A stretch of 64,000 nucleotides of DNA from Bacteroides sp. (GTDB taxonomy: Bacteria; Bacteroidota; Bacteroidia; Bacteroidales; Bacteroidaceae): positions 10,735 to 74,734 of the forward strand of contig JAFYPV010000128.1 in the NCBI GenBank assembly GCA_017559935.1. Reading direction: 5' to 3'. A program made the position numbers and the translations under genes. Shown piece by piece: positions 49,251 to 59,723 of the stretch. The number at the start of each line of letters is the position of its first letter. Positions within the stretch are counted from its first letter, which is position 1. The notes under the pieces were generated by a model, which worked only from the letters and a program-made list of their open reading frames with translations, was not told the origin of the DNA and did no database searches.

Positions 49251-49667
49251 TTAAAGATTAATCAGAGACAAGGCCTTGTTTTCTTCCGATTCCATAATTT
49301 CGCGTTCGCCTGGTCCTTTGTCGTTGATACCGCAAAGGTGCAAAATACCGTGGATGATTACTCGGTGTAACTCCCGTTTATAAGGTTGGTTGAATTGTTC
49401 GGCGTTGGTACGTACAGTATCAAGGCTGATGAATAAGTCGCCTGAAATACGGTTTCCTTCGGTGTAGTCGAAAGTAATGATATCGGTATAATAGTCATGT
49501 TCCAAGTATTGGCGGTTTACTTCTAATATCTTTTCGTCGGAGCAGAAGATATAGGCAACTTCGCCCACTTTCTTCCCATAGATTGCGGCTACTTGCTTAA
49601 CCCATTCTGTAGTTTCGCGCTTTTTTATGGAAGGCATGTTAATGTCTTCGGTTTGGTAAGTAATCAT
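49251..49667 (-). CDS. ybeY: rRNA maturation endoribonuclease YbeY
   Basis: TDIITF and HGILHLCGIND; start at MITYQ. Confidence 0.93.
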   Translation of the reverse strand: MITYQTEDINMPSIKKRETTEWVKQVAAIYGKKVGEVAYIFCSDEKILEVNRQYLEHDYYTDIITFDYTEGNRISGDLFISLDTVRTNAEQFNQPYKRELHRVIIHGILHLCGINDKGPGEREIMESEENKALSLINL

Positions 49668-50995
49668 TGGGTAATTATGTTTATCAGTGAATAAATATTT
49701 TTCAGTTTTTTCTCTCTTAGATATTTTATGTCGGATATGGTAAGCCTCATCGTCTTCCATAGCTCATGTGCGACAATTGGGCTGGGTATAATTAATAATG
49801 CTATAGGAAGTGCCCATTGCCAGGGAAGCAGGAAAAATGCTACGATTGAATAAGCTATCACTAATAAAGGCCATACAAGAAGATTTATAACGAATCTTAC
49901 TGAATTTTTAAAAGCTGGATCTTTTAGTTTGGTAAATATATAGACACAAATTAAAGAGGTTGGACTTGCAAGTACCGATGCAAGAAGGGTATATGGTAAA
50001 GTAATCAATGTCAATAGTATTCTTGTTATACGGGAAACCAATGGTCTTTTGACAGATACAGATTCAATGTCTATTCCTTTTGCCTTGCGTAAACTATTTG
50101 CTTCATGTCCTAGTGCCAACATTTTTTTTGCCTTTTCAGGTTCACTGTTTTTTAAAACTTCGATACGTTTCAATGTATGGTTGTTTGCTTGGAACTGCAG
50201 CTCAAGTTTGTGCATTTCCCGATTGGCCTTTTCTTTCTGTAGCTTCTCAATTTCTATCGGTTCTGCTGCATTACAAATCTCGTAAGTAGCGTTATAGTCT
50301 TCGTCGTTTGGTATATGGAAAATAGTAGCATGTAGTCGTTCGGCAAGAAGTTCTCTCATGCTGTTCATTTGTTCCTGTGGTGTATGTTGTTTGTTTGCTT
50401 CTATATATTCATTCACGTTGATAGGTTGACCAAATTCCATGCGTACTGTAGAACGGAATCGAAAGAAGTCGCCGTATCTAATTCCTACTGGTACGATGTA
50501 AAGCGGTATTTCAGGCATCTGCTCATGAGCTTGAAAAGCAATCTTGAGTATTCCTTTCGAAAGTGGTAGTGAGGAGTATTTTGCTTGGTGTGTTCCCTCT
50601 GGGAATATGCAGAAAGGTATTTTGTCTTTCAGTACATCGACGGCTTTGTCGATAGTTTCCTGATTCTTTTTTACAGCTTGAAAGCCGTCACGTTGACGCA
50701 TGATAGGCATGATTTTCAGGAATGTGAGAATCTTTGCCAGTTTGCGGTTTCTGAAGATGTCGGCACGTGCCACAAACACCTTTGGATTGTGGTTATAAGT
50801 CAGGATTACTAAGGCATCCATCAGGGTGTTGGTATGGTTAGGTGCAAAAATGACAGCTCCGTCCTGAGGAATGTTCTCTTTACCTACATGGAGTATCTTT
50901 CTGTATGAATGGTTTACAGCAAAGCGTACAAAGTGATGAAGGAAACTGTACGTTCTATCGTAGTCTTGTATTTTCTTGTTTTTTTTCTTACTCAT
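49664..50995 (-). CDS. Glycerolipid acyltransferase (LPLAT/PlsC superfamily) with C-terminal TM segments
   Basis: NHTNTLMD, FVAR, FPEGT and IVPVGI. Confidence 0.85.
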   Translation of the reverse strand: MSKKKNKKIQDYDRTYSFLHHFVRFAVNHSYRKILHVGKENIPQDGAVIFAPNHTNTLMDALVILTYNHNPKVFVARADIFRNRKLAKILTFLKIMPIMRQRDGFQAVKKNQETIDKAVDVLKDKIPFCIFPEGTHQAKYSSLPLSKGILKIAFQAHEQMPEIPLYIVPVGIRYGDFFRFRSTVRMEFGQPINVNEYIEANKQHTPQEQMNSMRELLAERLHATIFHIPNDEDYNATYEICNAAEPIEIEKLQKEKANREMHKLELQFQANNHTLKRIEVLKNSEPEKAKKMLALGHEANSLRKAKGIDIESVSVKRPLVSRITRILLTLITLPYTLLASVLASPTSLICVYIFTKLKDPAFKNSVRFVINLLVWPLLVIAYSIVAFFLLPWQWALPIALLIIPSPIVAHELWKTMRLTISDIKYLREKKLKNIYSLINIITQ

Positions 50996-51945
50996 AATAA
51001 TCCATCCTTTTTACGGAAATAATAGGATACACAAAGTCCTGATATAATATGCCATATTCCCCACCATGCTGTCATGAAGAGCATACCACCATAATGTCCA
51101 TGCCATGTTTCGGGAGGGAATACAGCCGGATTAAACAGCAGAATTAGACCAAGTCCAGAATTCTGTATACCCGTTTCAACAGTAAGGGTTCTGACGTTGT
51201 ATTCTGATAGTCTTGCCAATCTACCTCCAAAATATCCGGTAGCCAATGCAGCCCCGTTATGAAGTAAAACGATGAAGAATACATAGAAGATATTATCGAT
51301 AAATATTTGGAAATTCTGAATAAAGGCTACAGCAACCATACCCACAAAGAGTAGAACCGACAATATTTGTAACGGTTGAGTAATCTTTTTGGTTGCAACT
51401 GGGAAATAGCGTGCAAAGAGTAATCCCAAAACGACAGGAAGTCCCAACAGTAGCATGATCTGTTCCAGCATTGGGAAGAAAGGAATAACCAATTGAGGTA
51501 TGTCGTTTTTGATACTGATGAAGTGGCTGTACAGATTGCCCCAGAAAAAGAAGTTTAGCGGAGTAATGATCGGTGACATGGCTGTAGTAGTTGCCGTCAA
51601 TGAAACAGACAAGGCAATGTTACCATTCGATAGAGCAGATAGGAAATTCGAGATGTTTCCTCCGGGGCACGATGCAATGAGTATCATACCCAGTGCAATC
51701 ATAGGAGTAATGAAGGGACTCAATGCCATTGCAATGGCAAAAGTTACTGCAGGAAGAGCAAACCATTGCAGCATCATTCCAACGATGATGGACTTGGGTT
51801 TATGGACAATATCTTTTAAAGCTTGTAGCTTAATGCCTAGGGCAACTCCAAACATTACAAAGGCGAGGATGATATTCACAATCATCATACCACTTTCACC
51901 AAAATTTATCGTTACGGAGTTAAGGGATTCCAGTTGTTCTTTCAT
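50992..51945 (-). CDS. Bile acid:sodium symporter (BASS) family protein
   Basis: MFGVAL, CPGGNISN and ETGIQNSGL. Confidence 0.9.
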   Translation of the reverse strand: MKEQLESLNSVTINFGESGMMIVNIILAFVMFGVALGIKLQALKDIVHKPKSIIVGMMLQWFALPAVTFAIAMALSPFITPMIALGMILIASCPGGNISNFLSALSNGNIALSVSLTATTTAMSPIITPLNFFFWGNLYSHFISIKNDIPQLVIPFFPMLEQIMLLLGLPVVLGLLFARYFPVATKKITQPLQILSVLLFVGMVAVAFIQNFQIFIDNIFYVFFIVLLHNGAALATGYFGGRLARLSEYNVRTLTVETGIQNSGLGLILLFNPAVFPPETWHGHYGGMLFMTAWWGIWHIISGLCVSYYFRKKDGLL

Positions 51946-52318
51946 AGTTTTAAAATTGCGGTCTGTAAATAATCACAATGCTATTATGATTTTTGCAAAT
52001 GTAACTAAAAAAGCTGGAACGGCAAGGAAAGTGTTCATTTTGTTGAAAGTAATTATTATTTTGGTGTCCGTTAAGATGGTTGATTTTATATTTTGTATTG
52101 GGTGATGAGTTTAAACTGAAAATTTTGTGTGATGCTGTTTGTTCTATAAAGTTGTATTTCAACTTGCTTTGTTAAACATCGTAAAAAATCATTTTTTTCA
52201 GTCTTTTTTATATTTTTGTAAAGTTCGCTTTTGATATTTTTTTGATAGCAAAAAAAATGAGAAATAATCTTTAATATTAATTAAATGCGAGCCCCATCGT
52301 AATAAAAACTGTAAACTA

Positions 52319-53624
52319 ATGAAAAAACACTTATTCTACTACGCGGTTTGTTTCTTTTCGATATGCTTTATTGCTTGTAATGATGAGAATATGCCCAGCA
52401 ATTCCACAGGTACAGAAACTACTCTAACTTCTTTTTCGTTTTCTAAATCAAACAATCCAGGAGTTGTATTGAAAGATATCAATGCCGTGATTGTTAATAA
52501 TGAAATTAAAATTAGTACTCCATTTATCAGCAAGCCTCAACTGAAAGCTACTTTTGAAACAAAAGGCGAGAAAGTTCTGGTCAATGGAAAAGAACAGAAA
52601 AGCGGTGTTACAATCAATGATTTTTCCTCTCCGGTTACTTACAAGGTCGTATCATCAAAAGGTAAAGAACGGGAGTATAAAGTTACCTTGTCATATTCCG
52701 GATTGCCTGTTGTCGTCATTGATACTCCTAATAAAGCAACTATTCCGAGTAAGCATGAAGATTGGTTGGAAGAAACCACCATTACTATTCTGAATCCGGA
52801 TGGTACCGAAGATTATTCGGGAACAACCTGCATCCGTGGTCGAGGAAACTCTACTTGGTCCTATCCCAAGAAACCATATGCATTGAAGCTGGATGAAAAA
52901 GCTAAATTTTAGGTATGCCCAAACATAAAAGATGGGTGTTGCTTGCTAACTAGCTGGACAGAACTTTGTTTCGGAATAGGGTAGTTTTACAAATGGCTTT
53001 GTCTACCGGAATGACATGGAACTCGCATGGGGAATTTGTAGAGGTAGTTTTGAATACTGAACATCTCGGAAATTATTGCGTTTGTGAACGCATCTAACTC
53101 GATAAGATTCGTGTAAATATTCATGAGTTATCTGATGAAGATTTGGTTGACGGAAGTCTATGGAGTATATGGATATTGATTTAGTCATTGATTGGTGGTT
53201 TGTATACGAATTGTCTGATATAAACGAACCGAATCATCCAAAGAGTGTATATACGTATAAAGATAAGAGTGGAAAACTATTTGCCTATCCTGCATGGGAT
53301 TTCGATTGGGGAACATTTCGTTCAGGTAGTGGCTATAAAACCAAAAAGGCTTTATACTATCCAAAACTACTCCAAAATGAAATGTATGTGGCTAGGTTAA
53401 AAGAACGTTGGGTATTGTTAAGCCTGAGTTCGAAAAGATATTGGCATTCATTGAGAGGGAGGCAAAATGAATTACTCCATTAGAAAAAATGAACCATGTC
53501 ATGTGGCCAATTGACAAGACGGTAAATGGCGATGAATCTATGACTTTCGAAATGGCCGTGCAACACATGAAGTCCAACTATGAAAAAACTGAAATGGTTG
53601 GATGAGGAAATTAAGAATATGTAA
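52319..53624 (+). pseudogene. CotH-kinase-family lipoprotein pseudogene
   Basis: Lipobox FIAC and RGRGNSTW...KKPYALKL; frameshift near 52905; KRWVLLAN then TAG (52951-52953); further stops and frameshifts; PAWDFD remnant; apparent internal deletion near 53160. Confidence 0.85.
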
Positions 53625-53628
53625 TATT

Positions 53629-53666
53629 GAACAAGAAGGGGCATCATTTGATGCCCCTTCTTGTTC
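53629..53666. terminator. Bidirectional terminator
   Basis: GAACAAGAAGGGGCATCA / TGATGCCCCTTCTTGTTC. Confidence 0.9.
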
Positions 53667-53674
53667 TTTTAAAC

Positions 53675-54907
53675 TTATCCGAAAAATAAGTAGCAAATGA
53701 AAATAGCTGCAATACTACCCACCGTATCAGCTAGCAAACCGCATGGTACCGCATGACGGGTTTTGGAGATACCTACGCTACCAAAGTATACAGCTAAGAT
53801 ATAGAAAGTAGTATCGGTTGAACCTTGAAGGATACAAGTAAGACGGCCAACAAAGGAATCTGCGCCATAATTGGTCATGGCATCCACCATCAATCCTCTA
53901 GAACCACTGCCACTTAATGGCTTCATTAAAGCTGTAGGGAGGCCACCTACGAAATCGCTATTGATGCCGCAAAGATTGACTAAATATTCGACACCTCCAA
54001 TTAAATAATCCATAGCGCCTGAAGCACGGAATACACCGATGCCTACGAGAATGGCTACTAGGTAGGGAATGATGCGTACAGCTGTTGTAAATCCTTCCTT
54101 AGCTCCTTCTATAAAGGCATCGTATACATTAATTTTCTTTCGGATGCCAGTAATGATAAATCCGATGATAATCAGAAAGAGGAATACGTTGGCACCAGTA
54201 GTTGAGAAGGTATCTATTTGTGTACGGGATAAAGTACTGCATACGTAGATGATGCCTGCAATGAATAAACTTACACCACCTAGGAACAATAGGATGGTAC
54301 GGTTGAGCAGATTTATTCGTTGGTAGATGCTGACTGCAATGATACCGGATAAGGTCGCTATGGAGGTGGCCAACAAAATAGGGACAAAAATGTCGGTGGG
54401 CTGTGCTGCTCCCAATTGCGCTCGGTAAACCATAATGCCGATAGGAATAATGACCAACCCCGAAGTATTTAATACTAAGAACATAATCATTGGATTGCTG
54501 GCAGTATCCTTTTTCGGATTCAATTCTTGCAATCCCTCCATTGCTTTCAATCCGAGTGGAGTAGCAGCATTGTCAAGACCTAGCATATTGGCAGCTAGAT
54601 TCATGAAGATGCTTCCGGTAACGGGATGTCCTTTAGGAATATCCGGAAATAATTTGCTGAAAATAGGGCTTAATAAGCGAGAAATAAAAGAAATCAGCCC
54701 TCCTCTTTCGCCGATTTTCATAATACCCAACCACAAGGAAAGTACCCCTGTCAACCCTAATGCAATATCAAATGCTGTTTTGGAAGCGCTGAAGGTTGAA
54801 TTAATGATTTCAGGGAATACTTGTGTATCTCCTAGGAAAATCAGGCGACCGATTGCTACGATAAAGGCAGCCAAGAAAAATGTGATCCAAATATAATTTA
54901 ATACCAT
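53675..54907 (-). CDS. Fused SpmA/SpmB-like nucleoside-recognition (Gate) domain membrane protein
   Basis: ANMLGLDNAATPLG, KPLSGSG and GSTDTTFY. Confidence 0.9.
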   Translation of the reverse strand: MVLNYIWITFFLAAFIVAIGRLIFLGDTQVFPEIINSTFSASKTAFDIALGLTGVLSLWLGIMKIGERGGLISFISRLLSPIFSKLFPDIPKGHPVTGSIFMNLAANMLGLDNAATPLGLKAMEGLQELNPKKDTASNPMIMFLVLNTSGLVIIPIGIMVYRAQLGAAQPTDIFVPILLATSIATLSGIIAVSIYQRINLLNRTILLFLGGVSLFIAGIIYVCSTLSRTQIDTFSTTGANVFLFLIIIGFIITGIRKKINVYDAFIEGAKEGFTTAVRIIPYLVAILVGIGVFRASGAMDYLIGGVEYLVNLCGINSDFVGGLPTALMKPLSGSGSRGLMVDAMTNYGADSFVGRLTCILQGSTDTTFYILAVYFGSVGISKTRHAVPCGLLADTVGSIAAIFICYLFFG

Positions 54908-54998
54908 AAATGATTTTTATTTGGTTGCAAAGGTACGAATTTAAAATAAGAAACGCGAGTATTTGGGGTGCTCGCGCTCTTTTAATTATATAAATCTT

Positions 54999-56945
54999 TT
55001 ATTTTTTCCAGACTTGCAAGTCGGTTATTTGGCTTTTGAAGTTACCTGTTTTTTCTAATGGAAAAACGAGAGTACGGACATTGCGGATGCGTGTCTTGCC
55101 TTCCTTGTCCATCCATCGTTCCTGGATGTTCAATTCTTCTACTTGCTTGCCGTTGATGAAGAGGCGGGTAGTCTTGTTGTCGCCTTCGATGGCAATCTTC
55201 ATGCGTTGGCCCGGCTGAACCTTATAAGTAAAGGTATTCAAATAACCGTCGCGGGCATAACCCAACATGCCTTGGATAGGGTCTGCCAAGTAGAATACGG
55301 CATCCTTCGAGCGGAAGAGTTCGGTGCCCATGGCTTCCTGTGCTCCGTCTACATCGAATTCCACACGATAGTCGTATCCGATTTCCTGTACCGGAAGGGT
55401 ACTGCCTGGAGCTACTTGAGCCTGTTCGTAAGCCAAGCCCAGAGTCTTGCTGAGGCGTCCTAATTGGTTCACACCTGGGGCTTCGCTCAATGCGTGGCGT
55501 TGCTGGTCGAATTCTTCGTAAGGCACGCTCTTCGATGCACCTGTCCACATCTTTACTGCAAGTGTTTGCAAGGCTGGATAGCAACGGTGGTGGATGTCCT
55601 TGGTCGAGATGCCATTACCGCAATGGTCGTTCCATACGGCATACATACCGCCCAGGATGGCCGGGTCTTTCTCGTCGAACACTTCCTTGCCCACGTGAGC
55701 CGGAGTCCAGTTCTCGTACAGGTGCTTGCAGTTCAAGTAATCGTAATAATAGCCGGCTGCCGGAACGATGTAAGTCAGTCCGTCAGGTATCGAGATGAGC
55801 TTGTAGCCCTGCTTCACCATGTCGCGAGGTTCGGCATAGCCGTTGTACCAAGCGCTCATAATCACGTTTTCGCTCTTCACCGGAGTTTCGCCCTTGGCAT
55901 GAGTCAAGGCACCCCAAACACAAGCTTGCTTGCCGAAGCTTTCCACGTAGCGGATGTATCGGTCGGTAAACTCGCGGAACTTTTCCACGACCTTCGGGTC
56001 CTTGTTGCTGTATTCGTCGGTGCCGATGTGTACGCGCTTGCCACGGAACACCGGTTCTTCGCCTTCCAGGTATTCCTTAAACAATCCGTCCATGAACTCG
56101 TAAGTCTTCGGGTTGAAGAGGTCGAGGTGGTCCATGCCATATTCCTTGCTTCCGATTTCGGGCATGTAGTGAGCGAAGGCCAATGTATGCGCTGGAGCAT
56201 CGATTTCTGGAATGATTTCTACAAAGCAACTCTCGGCCAGCTTCTGCAAGTCGATGAATTCTTGCTTGGTGTAATGTCCGTCGCGGGCTGTGAGTCCCGG
56301 ATATGTATCCGATTCGAGGCGGAATGCAGCATAAGTCTTGTTCCAATCGTTTTCGAAGAACTGCTTGAAGCCGTTGTCGTTCAAGTGGATTTGGAAGCAG
56401 TTCATCTTGTAGTAGGCCATAATCTTTACATAGTCGCGCAAGTAATGCATCGGGATGAACTTGCGTCCGCAGTCTATCATGAAGCCACGGATTTCGTAAT
56501 CCGGAAAGTCGCGGATAACACCTTTAGGGAGTGCGAGATTCTGTTCGGCCATCTGCAAGAGGGTGCGGGTTCCCCAATACACGCCTACGGCTTCGGAAGC
56601 CGAGAGGTTGATACGGTCGGTAATGCTGATGGCATAGCCTTCCTTGCCCAACTTCTTGTCTTGTTTCAAAGAGAGGATGATGTCGCCCTTCTGTCCATTT
56701 CCTTCTACAAGGACAGGGGTGTGGTGGAACATTTCCTTACAATCTTCAGCCACCATCTGGGCAATGCGTTGCAACTCCGGTTGGTTCTTCGGGTAAACAA
56801 TGCGGGTCTGCTCGTTGAGGGTGAACTCACCGGTAGTGCCTTTCCATTCCTTCAATTCAGGAATCACGAAAGGTTTGGCGTTCTGTGCGGTGATGCTTGT
56901 CAAGAAGCTGCACAATAAAAAGGCTAATAAGTGGAGCTTTTTCAT
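54999..56945 (-). CDS. GH20 beta-N-acetylhexosaminidase
   Basis: RGFMIDCGRK, HLNDN, PEIDAPAH and HIGTDE; signal peptide. Confidence 0.92.
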   Translation of the reverse strand: MKKLHLLAFLLCSFLTSITAQNAKPFVIPELKEWKGTTGEFTLNEQTRIVYPKNQPELQRIAQMVAEDCKEMFHHTPVLVEGNGQKGDIILSLKQDKKLGKEGYAISITDRINLSASEAVGVYWGTRTLLQMAEQNLALPKGVIRDFPDYEIRGFMIDCGRKFIPMHYLRDYVKIMAYYKMNCFQIHLNDNGFKQFFENDWNKTYAAFRLESDTYPGLTARDGHYTKQEFIDLQKLAESCFVEIIPEIDAPAHTLAFAHYMPEIGSKEYGMDHLDLFNPKTYEFMDGLFKEYLEGEEPVFRGKRVHIGTDEYSNKDPKVVEKFREFTDRYIRYVESFGKQACVWGALTHAKGETPVKSENVIMSAWYNGYAEPRDMVKQGYKLISIPDGLTYIVPAAGYYYDYLNCKHLYENWTPAHVGKEVFDEKDPAILGGMYAVWNDHCGNGISTKDIHHRCYPALQTLAVKMWTGASKSVPYEEFDQQRHALSEAPGVNQLGRLSKTLGLAYEQAQVAPGSTLPVQEIGYDYRVEFDVDGAQEAMGTELFRSKDAVFYLADPIQGMLGYARDGYLNTFTYKVQPGQRMKIAIEGDNKTTRLFINGKQVEELNIQERWMDKEGKTRIRNVRTLVFPLEKTGNFKSQITDLQVWKK

Positions 56946-56971
56946 GTATATTGTTATGGGTGGATTTGTAG

Positions 56972-58555
56972 TTATTCAACAATCACTTCCTTGCGGATAG
57001 GGTCATCGTAATACTCTTGAAGTCTCTTCAATTCGGCCTTCAATTCTTGAGTAATTTCTTCTGTACCCGGCTTGCCATAGATATTGTTCATTTCAGAAGG
57101 GTCTTCCTGAAGGTCGAACAATTCCCAGTTCTGGATATCGTTGTAATAACGGATGAGCTTGTAACGTTCGTTGCGCACACCAAAGTGACGGCATACGGAA
57201 TGTTCTGCCGGATATTCATAGAAGTGGTAATACAACGAGTTGCGCCATTCTGGAACCTTTTCGCCCTTCAAAAGTGGCAAGAACGATTCGCCCTGCATTT
57301 CTTCCGGTTTTTCGATGCCTGCCAATTCGAGGAAAGTAGGAGCGTAGTCGATGTTCTGTACGAGTTCGGCTACATCACCCTTCTTGCCACCCGGCAAACG
57401 AACGAGCAACGGAGTGCGGAACGATTCTTCGTACATGAATCGCTTGTCGAACCAACCGTGTTCGCCCATGTAGAAACCTTGGTCGGAAGTATAGACAATC
57501 ATGGTGTTTTCCAGCAGGCCCTTTTCTTCCAAATAGTCGAGTACACGACCAATGTTGCGGTCCACCGAAGTAATGACACGCAGATAATCGCGCATGTATT
57601 GCTGGAACTTCCATTCGGCCAATGCCTTTCCGCTCAGCTTGTCTTTCTTGAACTTGGTAATGATTGGGTCGTAGTGTGCATCCCAAGCTGCCTTCTGTGC
57701 CGGGTTCATTCGGTCTTCACCATACATTTGGCGTCCCCAGTCTTCGTACATACCGCTATGGATTTCGTTTTCCTTGTCGGCCATCTTCAGGTCGTATACA
57801 ATTTCCATATCGTTGGCAATGTTCATCTTCTGCTTTTGGGCAGCCAAGCGTCCTTCGTAATTGTCGTAGAAGTTTTTTGGGAGTGGGAAAGTCTTGTCGG
57901 CAAAGAGTTCGAGGTCGCAAGTATCCGGCATCCAGGTACGGTGCGGAGCCTTGTGGTGCAGGAGCATGCAGAAAGGCTTGTTCTCGTCGCGCTGGTTCTC
58001 TATCCAGTCGATGGCCTTATCGGTAATGATGTTGGTAGCATACCCTTCTACTTGTGTGCGCTCGCCATTCATTTGGATGAAGGTCGGGTTATAGTAGTCG
58101 CCTTGTCCCGGAAGGATTTCCCAATGGTCGAAGCCTTGCGGATTGCTCACGAGGTGCCATTTACCGATCATGGCAGTCTGGTAGCCATTCTGTTGGAGGA
58201 GCTTCGGGAAAGTCATCTGGTCACCATTGAATGTAGTGGCGTTGTTGATGAATCCGTTGGCATGGCTATGTTTGCCGGTGAGCATGCAGGCACGGCTCGG
58301 TCCGCTGATGGAATTGGCCACGAAGCTATTGGTAAATCGTACGCCTTCATTGCCGATGCGGTCGATGTTCGGTGTATGGATGTATCTTTGATCGTATGCG
58401 CTGATTGTTTGATATGAGTGGTCATCACTCATGATGTAGATGATGTTCATCTTCTTATTGCTTTCAGTTTCTTTATTTTCTTTGCAGGAAGAAAGGGAGG
58501 TTAAAGCTGCTGCACCCGTAAGGGAATAAAGTAAAGTTGAGGTTAATTTTCTCAT
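56972..58555 (-). CDS. Ser-type family S1 sulfatase lipoprotein (resembles GlcNAc-6-sulfatases)
   Basis: MSDDH, SGPSRA (SxPxR), GKWHL, HKAPHR, SDQG and DKRFMYEES; lipobox LSSC; start at MRKLTS. Confidence 0.92.
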   Translation of the reverse strand: MRKLTSTLLYSLTGAAALTSLSSCKENKETESNKKMNIIYIMSDDHSYQTISAYDQRYIHTPNIDRIGNEGVRFTNSFVANSISGPSRACMLTGKHSHANGFINNATTFNGDQMTFPKLLQQNGYQTAMIGKWHLVSNPQGFDHWEILPGQGDYYNPTFIQMNGERTQVEGYATNIITDKAIDWIENQRDENKPFCMLLHHKAPHRTWMPDTCDLELFADKTFPLPKNFYDNYEGRLAAQKQKMNIANDMEIVYDLKMADKENEIHSGMYEDWGRQMYGEDRMNPAQKAAWDAHYDPIITKFKKDKLSGKALAEWKFQQYMRDYLRVITSVDRNIGRVLDYLEEKGLLENTMIVYTSDQGFYMGEHGWFDKRFMYEESFRTPLLVRLPGGKKGDVAELVQNIDYAPTFLELAGIEKPEEMQGESFLPLLKGEKVPEWRNSLYYHFYEYPAEHSVCRHFGVRNERYKLIRYYNDIQNWELFDLQEDPSEMNNIYGKPGTEEITQELKAELKRLQEYYDDPIRKEVIVE

Positions 58556-58690
58556 AAAGCTATAGTTTAGATTAATAATTGCAAAGTCATGCAAATATAA
58601 CATATTGAAAGCTTATGAAAGAGCGAATTCGTGATAAAATTTTGTTATCTTTGTCATTCATTAAGTGTGAATTTAGAAATCTTTATAAAA

Positions 58691-59650
58691 ATGTTGGATA
58701 TTATCTTTTTGATTGGAGGCCTTGCTTTGATTTTGCTAGGTGCCAATGGGCTGACCGATGGAGCGGCAGCTGTAGCGAAGCGTTTTAAAATCTCTGATTT
58801 GGTAATTGGTTTAACAATTGTTGCTTTCGGTACTTCGGCACCGGAGTTGGTTATTAGTAGCATGGCTGCTTTGGGAGGAAGTGCAGATATGGCTATTGGT
58901 AATGTGGTGGGTAGTAATATCTTTAATGTGTTAGCCATTATTGGTGTGACAGCTATCGTTTTACCGATTAAAGTAGGTGAGGGTACGCTGAGTAAAGAGA
59001 TTCCATTGGTGATATTGGCATCTTTTGTGTTAGCTTTCTGTGCCAATGACGTGTTGTTGGATGGTGGGACATCAAATGTCATTAGTCGTATCGACGGATT
59101 CATTCTTTTGTGTTTCTTTTTAATCTTCCTACGATATACTTTTGCCATTGCTCGTAACGGTGGTGAGGAAACTGAAGGTGAAAAGATTAAAGAAATGCCT
59201 ATTTGGAAGTCAACCTTGTTCATACTAGGTGGTTTGGCTGGATTGATTTATGGCGGACAGCTATTTGTAGATGGTGCAAGCGGTATTGCGAGTTCATTGG
59301 GTGTGAGTGAATCCATTATTGGTTTGACCATTGTAGCAGGTGGTACTTCATTGCCGGAGTTGGCTACTTCGGTAACGGCAGCCTTGAAGAAAAATTCCGG
59401 TATTGCTGTTGGAAATGTAATAGGTAGTAATTTGTTTAATATTTTCTTGGTGTTAGGATGTAGTGCAACCATCTCTCCTCTTCCAATGGGAGGTATCAAC
59501 AATGTGGATATGCTGGTGTTAGTTGGGGCTGCCATTCTATTTTGGTTGGTGGGTTGGTTTTTTAAAAAGCGTACCATTACTCGGGTAGAAGGAGCTTTGT
59601 TAGTTATTTGCTATGTAGTCTATATGGGGTATCTCATTGTACAGCAATAA
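58691..59650 (+). CDS. Calcium/sodium antiporter (YrbG/CaCA family)
   Basis: Two alpha repeats GTSAPE/GTSLPE and GNVVGSNIFN. Confidence 0.93.
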   Translation: MLDIIFLIGGLALILLGANGLTDGAAAVAKRFKISDLVIGLTIVAFGTSAPELVISSMAALGGSADMAIGNVVGSNIFNVLAIIGVTAIVLPIKVGEGTLSKEIPLVILASFVLAFCANDVLLDGGTSNVISRIDGFILLCFFLIFLRYTFAIARNGGEETEGEKIKEMPIWKSTLFILGGLAGLIYGGQLFVDGASGIASSLGVSESIIGLTIVAGGTSLPELATSVTAALKKNSGIAVGNVIGSNLFNIFLVLGCSATISPLPMGGINNVDMLVLVGAAILFWLVGWFFKKRTITRVEGALLVICYVVYMGYLIVQQ

Positions 59651-59723
59651 AAAAAAAGGTTATTCTTCTTTTTTAAGAAAAATAACTATCTTTACTCCCT
59701 GAATCTTTTATATAAAGAATACT

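Noticed and set aside
51500-52162. 201-aa plus-strand and 70-aa minus-strand ORFs
   Set aside because: The first is mostly antisense to the BASS gene, and the second lies in AT-rich promoter DNA with no protein features.
52319-54907. Adjacent 'spore coat' CotH and 'spore maturation' SpmAB genes as a sporulation locus
   Set aside because: Both families are widespread in non-sporulating Bacteroidetes, the genes are convergent, and CotH is a pseudogene.
55464-58417. Long plus-strand ORFs of 484 aa and 466 aa
   Set aside because: They are antisense shadows of the GH20 and sulfatase genes, expected from GC-rich codon usage, and have no recognisable motifs.
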